A stretch of DNA of 64,000 nucleotides from the human T2T-CHM13v2.0 reference genome, Homo sapiens. A program made the position numbers and the translations under genes. The notes under the pieces were generated by a model that saw only the letters and a list, made by a program, of their open reading frames with translations, was not told where the DNA came from and did no database searches. Below, piece after piece: positions 23,136 to 33,942 of the stretch. Position 1 is the stretch's first letter. Every line of letters starts with the position of its first letter. The stretch lies in assembly GCF_009914755.1 (NCBI RefSeq), contig NC_060930.1. The stretch is one strand, 5' to 3'.

Positions 23136-25479
23136 AGGCCACTGGGAAAAGCTGATGACTTCTACTTATTACAAATTTGTCATGCCAATTGCCTTTTCAT
23201 CAAACCAGTAAGAGCTCAAAAGGGCATACTTTATGATTACAAAGTGGAAATAACTTTGCAAAATCTTCATGGGTAGACGAATCTTGCTTATTTTCACCTG
23301 TGGCTAATTATCTTGCTCATTCCAGAAAACCAGAAAGGCTCACAGCTTGCCATCTTATCTTGGTTTAAGAATTCTTTTTGAACTTACCCTGTGAAAGAAA
23401 ACACACAGAAGAAAGCTTTCCCTCTGCATGTCACTGATTTCTGAACAGGAAAATACAAGAAAAGTATTATCATAACTGTAGACACTGGGTATAAACTGGG
23501 GGATCTAGATTGTCAGCTTTTCAAGAAGCTTATATTCTAGGGGAGAGATAGAAAATAAAACAATAATTTAATATGTTTTCCAATTTATTAAAAATTTTAT
23601 TTAAAAGATGGAGAGAGAGACAGGACATTGATTCAGCTGGAGAGGTCAAAGAAGGGCTCTCTGAGACAGTGACATTTGAGTTGTGGCCTCAGTGTTGAAA
23701 ATGAGTCCACTCTTCTGGGTCTGGAGCAAAAGTGGCGGAGTTCAGAGGCTGACAGCTGGGGTCTGGGCCTCTGTGGGCAGCCAGAAGATGAGCCAATAGA
23801 GTACCCCACTTACCAGACTGACGGCAGAGCCAAATATGAAAATGTTCTTTTTTCTCAAGCCTCGAGACTGCACACCAAAGTCCCAAGCAATCAAGGAAAC
23901 TCCATTTCCAGTTCCTTGGTGTCTCTAAGGCATAGGCTCAAAGTGAAGCAGACTTTTCCCTGAGGTGAAATGCAGAGACAGTCCCACTGCTCAGCTCAGT
24001 GTGGATCATGACCTTCCTGCCCTTCCCTTCTAGCTCACCCTCACCAGATTCTGAGGACTGATGAGGAAGGAATTGCTTTACAGCATTTTCTGCTGAGCAT
24101 TTATTGCATGATTAGGTCAATCTCCAGCTCACTGTGCACTTACAGAAAAAAAATCTACCAGGTTTCATGTGTGACCTTGAAAAATGTCCTCATTTCTTCT
24201 GTTTGTAATTTAGTAGGTTATCCAGAGGAATTTTCCCTGGATGTTATCACATTACACAGTAGACAGAGTACTGCAAAGGTGAGGCCCAAGGCAGATGGAA
24301 ATAACCACAGTTAACTGCCTGCTGCCACATACACCGTATTCCTGATCTGCCTGTGAGACTTTTTTCTAAGGATTTAGTTTATGCCAAATGTTTCATTCCC
24401 TGACTCTGGCTTTCTCTCTGTCTGTCATCTCCAGTGTCAGATACCAGCCTTTCTTATTTTTGAGGCTAAATCTCCACATAAATCTCAGTCTCAATTAGCA
24501 AAAAGCTCTTCCCATCACCACTAAAATAACCTTATTTTGGGCCCAGAGTATGGGGAATGGATGTCTGCTCCAACCCTCTGTAATGCAGCCTGCATTCTCT
24601 TGGTTTTCTTTACCTTTTACAGTCCTTTACTTGGAGTGTTAGTGAAATAATTGCCAAGCCCAACCTGTACATGCCCAATGAAGAAAGAACCAAAAACCCC
24701 AACATCCATTACTATCTACATTTGAACCTCTGAATAAGTGGAATAGTTCTTCTATTTATCAGACATTAATTCAGAATCTCTTTTGTGTCTGCCACCCAGG
24801 TTCAAAACTCCCAATTGCCCTTGACTTCTCCTCCCTCAAATCTTTATACTTAGGGTTTTTATAGATACTGTAGAGCCTTCTTATACAACCTCTCCAGAAT
24901 ATTCTTTTCTCATTTGTCTGTTCTTTCATCCATTCTACAACATTTATTTAGAGTGTATTTTGAATTAGGCGCTGATGATGAAGAAAGACTCATGCTGTTG
25001 ACCTCAGGACCTGACAGAATAAATGAGGATGAACCTGGATCCTTAATTTTTTTAATAATTTATTTCGCTTTCTCTCCAATTCCAACCTCTTTAAACTTCA
25101 CAACTAAAATCCTCTTCCTAAAATGTTGCTTCGATTACATAAGCCACCCGCCTGGAGTTAATCCTCTCCTCAATATATCTGCAAATGTCTAGGCTTTCCC
25201 AACACTATTTCCATCAATACGCATTTTACAAACATACACACACACACCCACCAATTAAATAGGTATGTCCCACAATACACACTGAAAGATTTCTATACCA
25301 TCACTGTTCTTTCTGTCCTGTGTGCCATCTTCATCTTCATTTCTCAGCTATATCTATTTTTATTTCTTCTCTTTAATATGGCCTTGCCCCTTGCCACCTT
25401 TCTGTAATACATTTCTGGTTTTTTGCTATTCACTTATATGGTATGGTTATGTGACTACATATGAAATACATAAACAGGG

Positions 25480-28400
25480 ATTGAAATTTAAGTTGTTATA
25501 AGTTTAAAATAGCCGGTTATAATTATATAATTATAAAATGTTTTAGGTAAACCTCACGATAACCACGAGACAAAAACCTATAGTAAATCCACAAAAGATA
25601 AAGAGAAACAAATAACAGCATACTACCACAGAAAATAATTGAATCACCAATCAAAACAGCAAGAGAGGAAGAAAGGAACAAAAAACCCTAAAAAACAACC
25701 AGAAAATACTTAACAAAATGTCAATACTATGTCCTTAACTGCCAATAATTGCCGTCATGTAAATGGATTAAATTCTTCAATACAAAGATATAGAATGGCT
25801 AACTGGATTATTAAAAATATATCCCAAAAAAGACCCAACTGTATGCTGCCTACAAGAAATTCACCTCACCTTTAAGGACACACAGATTGAAAGTGAAGAG
25901 ATGGGAAAAGACATTCTGTGCAAATGGAAATGAAAAGAGAGCAGATATACTTATATCAGATAAAGTAGACTTAAAGTCAAAAATTGTGAAAAGAGAGAAA
26001 GGGGTCTTTATATTATGATAAAAAGGTCAATTCATCAACAGGATATAACAATTATCAATTTATATGCACCCAACATTAGAGCACCTAAATATAGAAAGCA
26101 AATATTCATAGATCTAAAGAAAGAGATAGACTGCAATAGAATAATATGAGGGGACTTCAGTCCCCCACTTTCAACTATGAACAGATCATCCAGAGAGAAA
26201 ATCAATAGAAAATATTGGACTTGATATATACGTTAGACTAAATGGACCTAACAGACATATACAGAATATTCCACCCAACAACAGTAGAATGTCACTTCTA
26301 TTTAACATGGTGCTGGAAGTCCTAGCCAGAATACACATTCTGGTCAGGTGCACATGAAACACTCTCCAGGACAGGCCATAGATAAGGCCACAACATGAGT
26401 CTTAACAAATTTGAGAAGACTGAAATCATATCAAGTATCCTTTCTGGCCACAATGGCATGAAACAAGAAATCAACAACAGGAGGAATTTTTGAAAATTCA
26501 CAACTATGTGGAAATTAAACAACATGCTCCTGAACAACCAATGGGTCAAAGAAGAAATCATAAGGGAAATTGAAAAATTACTTTGGGACAAATGAAAATG
26601 GAAATACAATATACCAAAACTTACAGGATACAAGAGCAGTTCTAAGAGAGTTTTCATCAAAAAAGATGAAAGATCACAAATAGACTACCTAGCATCCATT
26701 ACACCTCAAGGACTGGAAAAACAATCAACTAAGCTAGTTACAAAGTTAGTAGGAAGACGGAAATGATAAAGATCAGAAGAAGTAAACAGAAGATAGAAAA
26801 AATAAAGAGACCAACCAAACTAAGAATTTTTTTTAAAGGTAAATAAAATTTACAAACCTTTAGCTAGACTGATTAAGAAAAAAAATGCAAAGACTCAAAT
26901 AAAATCAGAAATGTAATCAGAAATGAATTGAAGAGGTAACGACTGTTACCACAGAAATACAAAGGATTATTTAAAAACTACTATGAACAATTATATGCCA
27001 ACAAATTGGATAACCTAAAAACTGGATAAATTCCTAGACACATGCAACTTGCAAGACAGAATCAGAAACTCTGAACAGAGCAAAAACAAGTAAGGAGATT
27101 AAATCAGTGATAAATCTACCATCAGAGAAAAGCCTAGGACCTGACAACTTCACTGCTGAATTTGATGAAACATTTAAAGAGGAAATACCAGTTCTTCTCG
27201 ATCTCTTTCAAAAAACTGAAGTAGAGGAAATACTCCCAAACACATTTCACAAGGCCAGCATTACCGTGAACCCATTGCCTGAGGAGAGCACTACAAAGAA
27301 AAAAAAATTACAAACCAATATCCCTGATGAACATGTATGCAAATATACTCAACAAAATACTAGCGAATTGAATTCAACAGCACATTTAAACAATTATTTA
27401 CCATGATCAAGCAGGATTTATCACAGGGATACAAAGATGGTTCAACTTATACAAATCTGTAAATGTGTGATCCACCGTATTAACAGAATGAAAGACAAAA
27501 ACCATCTCATCATCTCAATAGATGCAGAGAAAGCATTTGACAAAATTTAACATTCCTTCATGATTAAAAACTCTCAAAAATTAGGTATAGAAGGAATGTA
27601 CCTTAACACAATAGAGGCCTTTATAGGACAAACCCACATCTAACATCATACTCAGTGGGGAAAAAAATTGAAAGCTTTCCTTTTAAGATCAGGAATAAGA
27701 CAAGGATATCCACTCTTGCCACTTCTATTTAACATAGTACTGGAAGTCCTAGCCAGAGCAATTAGGCAAGAGAAAGAAATAAAAGACATCCAAATTAGAA
27801 AGGAAGAAGTTAAATTGTCCCTGTTTGTAGATGACATAATCCTATATATAGAAAACCCTAAAAAACTCACCAAAAATCAAAACTGTTAGAAATAAAAAAC
27901 AATTTCAGTACAGTTGCAGAATACAAAACAACATACAAAAATCAACATACAAAAGCTAGCATTTCTATACACTAATGGCAACCTAACCAAAATAAAAAAT
28001 TTTAAAGATCCCATTTACAGTAGCTACAAAAAATACTTAGAAATAAATTTAACCAAGGAGGTGAAAGGTCTGTATACTGAAAACTATTAAACACTGATGA
28101 AAGAAATTGAGGAAGACACAAATGGAAAGATATCCTGTGTTTATAGATTGGAAGAATTAATATTATTAAAACATCCATACCCCCCCAAAGTGATCTACAG
28201 ATTCAGCGCAATCTCTATCAAAATCCCAATGACATTTTTCACAGAAATAGAAAAAAAAAACCCTTAAAATTCATATGGAAGCACAAAAGGCCCCAAATAG
28301 CCAAAGCAATCTTGAGCAAAAACAAAACTGGAGGCATCATACTACCTGACTTTAAAAATATACTACAAATATATAGCAATCAAAACAGCATAGTACTGGT

Positions 28401-29860
28401 GGAAAAACAGACATATAAACCAGTGGAACAGAATAGAGAGGGCAGAAATAAATCCACACATTTATAGTCAATTAATTTTTGACAGACGTGCCTAGACACA
28501 TAATGAGGAAAGGATAGTCTCTTCAATAAATGGTGTTGGGACAACTGGATATCTACATGCAGAAAAATGATAGGAGGCCCTTATCTCATACCACATACAA
28601 AAATCAACTAAAAATTGATTGAAGACAAACATAAGATGTGAGACTCTAAAACTTCTAGAAGAAAACATATGGGGAATGCTCCATAACATTGGTCTGTGCA
28701 ATGATTTTTTGGATATGAACCCCCCCAAAAGCAAAAAGACAAAAATAGATAAATAAGATTACATGAAACTAAAGAACTTCTGCACAGCCCCCCCCCAAAA
28801 AAAATCAACAGTGAAGAGACAACCGATAGATTGGGAGAAAATATTTGCAAACCATACTTCTGTAAGTGGTTGATATAAAAAATACATCAGGAACTCAACT
28901 CAATAGCAAGAAAACAAATAACCCAATTAAAACATGGAGAAAGGACCTTAATAGACATTTCTCAAAGGAAGACACATTGCCAACAGGCATATGAAAACTT
29001 GCTTAATGTCATTTATCATCAGGCACATGCAAATCAAAACCACACCTGTTAAAATGGCTGCTATCAAAAAGGCAAAAGATAACAGGTGTTGGCAAGAATG
29101 TGGAGAAAAGAGAATCCTTGTACGTTGTTGGTAGGAATGTAAATTAGTGCAGCTGTTTTGTACAGCAGTTCCTCAAAAAACTAAAAAGAGCACTATCATA
29201 TGATCCAGCAATCCCACTTCTGGGTATATGTTCAAAAATCGGGCTATTGAAGAGATACCTGCACTCTCATGTTCATTGCAGAATTACTACTAAAGTAGCT
29301 GAATCAACCTAAGCGTCTATCAGCAGATGAATGGATAAAGAAAATATTACAACTGCACAATGAAATACTATTCAGTCTTTTAAAAAACAGAAATCCTGTC
29401 ATTTTCGATGTCGATGAACCTGGAGGGCATTGTGTTAAGTGAAATAAGCCAGGCGCAGAAAGACAAATACTGCACGATCTCACTTAAATGTGAACTCTAA
29501 AAACGTCAAACTCATCAAAGCAGAGAGTAGAATGGTAGTTACCAGGGGCTAGGGGAGGAGATGGGAGGTAGGAATGGAATTAGAGAGATGTTTGTCAAAG
29601 GACACAAAATTTCAGTTAAACAGGAGGAATAAGGTCAGATCTACTGTGCCGTATGGTGACTACAGTTAATAATAAGTGTATTCTGTACTTTATAGTTGCT
29701 AAAAGAGTAGACTTAAGTGTTCCCATCACACACACACACTAAGTAATAGATACGTTAATTAGCTCGAGTTAACCATTCCACAATGTATGCATATATGAAA
29801 ACATCATGTTGTACATCATAAATATATACATTTTGTACTTGTCAACTAAAAAAATTGTAA
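25480..29860 (+). mobile_element. L1MA-type LINE-1, 5'-truncated (inter-ORF, decayed ORF2, 3' UTR)
   Basis: RT-domain peptide [63 protein letters not shown] (27668-27889); many stops and frameshifts; L1MA-like 3' UTR. Confidence 0.93.
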
Positions 29861-29912
29861 AAACCAGTATTTAATGCTCATCTCAAAATATAAAAAGCCT
29901 GTGATGCAAAGG

Positions 29913-29985
29913 GTTTCTATGGTGTAGTCGTTACCACGCTGGCCTAACACATGGAAGGTCCTCTATTTGAAACTCAACGGAAACA
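29913..29985 (+). pseudogene. tRNA-Val(AAC) pseudogene
   Basis: GTTTCTATGGTGTAGTCGTTACCACGCTGGCCTAACACATGGAAGGTCCTCTATTTGAAACTCAACGGAAACA: ungapped 73-nt match to Val; T-stem and B-box broken. Confidence 0.88.
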
Positions 29986-30437
29986 ACAGGTTTCTCTGGT
30001 CTCCCAGAATCTGACCGGGAGTGGCCGCTTCTTCCCGGGAGTCCAGAGCTGCAAGGAACAAGTGATAATCCCGCCTCTTTTAAAAGAAAGATCGTCATCC
30101 TGGGATAGCTGTGCCAAATTAGCAGGCCGCTCTGGGCGGGCGCTCCCCAGCTGGGACGTGCTCGCTTCTCTCCCTGAAAATCTGGAACGTGAAATCTTAC
30201 AGCACCAGACTTTTCCAGTGTCCACTTTCTCCTGGTTACGTTTTCCCCTCTCCCTCGCAGAGGAATAGCCATCATGCCCTTGCCCTTGGCCATTTTTGAG
30301 TAGACTCGCCTTAGGTCGAGTCCTGGTTCCCCACTAATAATCGAGACATTTCCTTTGTTCCGAGACGCAAGAAATGGTGGGTAGTCGCGCACATCTACTC
30401 CTGAATAAAGGAAAGGGCAGAAAGTTTTGCGGTAGGT

Positions 30438-30497
30438 GACGAGTGAGCGCAAGTGGTAGAGTACTCGCTTAGCATGTGAGAGGTAGTGGGATCGATG
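30438..30497 (+). pseudogene. 3'-truncated tRNA-Ala(AGC) pseudogene
   Basis: AGCGCAAGTGGTAGAGTACTCGCTTAGCATGTGAGAGGTAGTGGGATCGATG, then homology stops; the original acceptor stem is lost. Confidence 0.85.
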
Positions 30498-31044
30498 TTG
30501 TCACTTGGGGCCGCATGTCCATACAGTACAACGTGGAGAACGGCTTCATTAGTCACCTGTCGAAGAAAACGAGGAAGTACCAGCCATCTTGAATGCTTCA
30601 CTGGTAAAAGACCTATGGGCATAAAGAAACAGTGCTAATAATAGCCCCTAAAACGTTCAGTGGACAGTACCCATTTTCTAAGTTGTTTTCTCTTTATTCA
30701 GAGGAAAGAGGAGATCCCAAGAGGGTGGGATATACCCAATTGTTCCTTTTCTCTCCTTCCTGCAGCTTGACCCAAAATGCCAAAATGCAGCACAGCTCTG
30801 GAAAATGCAGGGCAGAGCAGGATGAGTAAAACCCCAGCTTTCTTTCTGGTCAGGGCGCTGTAAAGTGGAGTTCCGAGTCACCGGGAAGTCCTGCTGAGAG
30901 TGTGGAAAGCAAACCCACAAGTGGTTTGTCAACTCACCGAGTGCACCCCTGAGTTGCGAATATGTAGCTGTAAAGAGCAAAACCAAATACAGAAAGCTTA
31001 TTTTTTCCCAATTTAAAAACATGTTTTGTGATTCTACTTTAGAC

Positions 31045-31272
31045 ATCTTGAATAGGCAAATTCATGTAGACAGAAAGAATAGAGGTTGTTGGGGAGAGGG
31101 AAATGTGGAGTTATTGTTTAATGGGTACAGAGTTGCTGTTTGGGATGCTGAGAAACTTCTGGAAATGGGTAGTGGTGATAGTTGCTCACATTGTAAATGT
31201 ACTTAATGCCACTAAATTGAACACTTAGAATTTTAAATGTAAAATGGGTTAAGTATATTTTACCACAATAAG
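31045..31272 (+). mobile_element. L1M (L1MB-like) 3' end fragment
   Basis: GGAGTTATTGTTTAATGGGTACAGAGTT...TGGAAATGGGTAGTGGTGATAGTTGC...ATGTACTTAATGCCACT...TATATTTTACCACAATAA. Confidence 0.75.
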
Positions 31273-32308
31273 AAAACACAAACTCTTGTTCATTCTGTAA
31301 TTTAGCACATAGTCTCATCATCTGTTTTTCTCCACACCAGCTCATCTGTTCATCCTTCTATTCATTTGACAAATACTTAGAAATGTCTAGATTTATTGTT
31401 CCATTCATCAGACATTAATTCAGGATCTCTTGTGTGCCACAGTGTCAAGACTTCTCCCTCAAATGTTTACACCAATGTCTTGACAAATACCATAGATCTT
31501 TCCTGCACAGCCTCTCCAGAATGTTTTTCTTACCTTTCACTCATGTTTCTCTTGCCCATTCTACCACGTTTATGGAGGACGTAGTCTGCACCACAAAGTA
31601 TAATGGGCACTGGAGCTACGGAAAGACTCATGCTGTTCACTTCAGAAGCTGACGGAATAAATGTGAATAAACCTCAATTCTTTAATCTATTTATAACTTC
31701 TTTCCATTTCTCTTCAATTACAGTCTTCCTGTTCCCAAGCTCTTTGACATCCAACACTAAACACCTTTTTCTTAAATGTTAATTTGGTTATGTAAGCTGT
31801 CTGCAATTTTTTCAAGGGTTCTTAAGTCTCAATGTTTTCCCAATCATTATCTCCATGTGCACAGGCATTTCAATCACTACTTCCTTTCATTTTATAAACA
31901 GGCACACACACAAGCAGGCACATATGCACTTGTGCACTACACATCCCAAGTGAACAGGCATGTTTCCTCACACAGGAATTCCTACATCTATGCCTGTTCC
32001 TTCAAACTCATGTGCATTCTTCCTCATCTGCATCCTTCAAGGTTCATATTTATCCCTTTACTACAAACTGATCTTTTAATCCCCATGGTTCTTGTCTGTA
32101 ATACTTTTGTGATTTTTGCTGTTTTCTTATGTGATGTGAATATGTGAGTTCTATATGATGTAACTTAAAAAGACTTGAATATAAGTATGTGTATATATAT
32201 ATATATATAAATCTAACATAAATATATCCTATATATCTTAGAAATCTAAGATATATACATACCTTGAATATCTTAGATATATCTATCTTAGATTTAGGAA
32301 GTCTGAGG

Positions 32309-32380
32309 GTTTCCTCAGTGTAGTGTAGAGGTTATCTCACTCACTTGCCTAACACGAGATGAGGCCCTCAGATAGAAAGA
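32309..32380 (+). pseudogene. tRNA-Val(AAC) relic with micro-duplications
   Basis: GTTTCCTCAGTGTAGTGTAGAGGTTATCTCACTCACTTGCCTAACACGAG; AGTGT and CTCA are stuttered; 3' end lost. Confidence 0.7.
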
Positions 32381-33869
32381 CAGATGTTATATAATTATAA
32401 AGCGTCTATTCACCGAAGGGACACAACTGTCCTAAATATGTCTGTTTCTGGCCACAGAGCTTCAAAACTTATGAACAAAATGGATAAACCAGAAAGAAAA
32501 TAGAAAAATCCAATTACAGTTGCAGACGTTAACACTCCTCTCTCAGTAATTGATAGATTCAGGAGAAAACAAATCAGCAAACATTTTAGAGAACAGAACA
32601 ACACCATCCACCAATGGATCTAATAGACTTTATAAAGCAAAATCACAATTTATGTAGAAAGGCGAGCCAAAAAAATCAAAGAAAAGCAAGATCATATTAT
32701 AAGTAGGAAATCACGAATGGTCAGAGTGCAGAAAAGTGACATTATTGAAACTGATATTTCTGAAACAGTTACTTAAATAGCAGGAAGACCGATAACGGCG
32801 AATCTGTAAGTGAATCTTTCCTTGTCCATATGTATCCTGCTTTTTCTTGAGGTCTGGGCTGGCCAAATGTCTCCTGAAATTCCTGGGCCTACTACAGTGT
32901 CTGGCACAGAGCATCTCTCCAGCAAATATGTACTGAATGAGTAGAAAGGAACTGACGGATTCAGAAGAGACCTGCAAGAATAATGTTCAGTATTTGGCAA
33001 ATCACTGAATGTGGTGTTTGAAGGAGGACAATGAGTCAAAGTTGACTTGGAAATCTAGGCCCAGGAGGAGGTTGAGAATTAGATATGTGGTATATGAATG
33101 AATGGACTACTGTGGAGAAAAACAGGCAGAGAGATAATGAGCAGGAGCAGAGAAAAGACTCACCTTTTGGAATCTAAAATAAATGTGCTTGTCAGTTCAG
33201 GCTTTGCCACCTAGCATCTCTGGCACCTTAGAAACAATAATTATCTGAGCCTCCAGTACATCTAGAAAGTGCACATTAGGATACATCGTTTTGTTAGCGA
33301 AATTCAACTGGACTACGTAAACGCAAGAAATCTCGTAGTATACTTAATAGCACACAAGAAAAAACAAAGGGGTAAAAAACAAAGAGGGTGCCATTATAAG
33401 TATTTTGTGTTTTTTTTTTGTAGCGGCAATGTCTTCAGTCATGTAGATGCAAGTGGAGATATGAAGGAAGACAGTAGTATGATCAAGAGACAGGTTTGAT
33501 GGCTATTTCTTCATTCATTTATCCAGGTGGTCAGTGAACTATCATGAACTGAGAACCTCCTGTCTCTTTTCAACAGAGGAGACTATGGAAAGTGTAAGAG
33601 TGACTAAGGTTTCTGAGGGAAGGAAAAGGGAAAAAGAGCAGCAAAAGACAGGTACAATTGATCCTGGTAACGCAGAACCCAGACGGTCCTATGAAATACT
33701 GGAAAGGCGTAGACTCCTCTGGTCGTGGGTATGGAATCTTCCTAGTGCAGCGTTGATTGATACAGAGTAATTTTCAAGTAGGATTGATTGTAGTTTTTGA
33801 AAGCTGAAACCGTAACGTAGGTGGGAAATACACTTCGACAAAATGGATGTTGCCCGAGCTCAACAGCAA

Positions 33870-33942
33870 GCCCTCTTAGCGCAGCTGGCAGCGCGTCAGT
33901 CTCATAATCTGAAGGTCCTGAGTTCAAGCCTCAGAGAGGGCA
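33870..33942 (+). tRNA. TRM-CAT: Elongator tRNA-Met(CAT)
   Basis: GCCCTCT/AGAGGGC-A acceptor; anticodon arm TCAGT-CTCATAA-TCTGA; T-arm CTGAG-TTCAAGC-CTCAG. G1:C72 and U54 indicate an elongator rather than initiator tRNA. Confidence 0.95.

Noticed and set aside
27107-27889. ORFs with reverse-transcriptase motifs
   Set aside because: Fragments of a dead L1 ORF2, not a host gene or a novel RT system.
33870-33942. Initiator tRNA-Met
   Set aside because: Has G1:C72 and a TTC T-loop, and lacks the three G:C anticodon-stem pairs, so it is elongator type.
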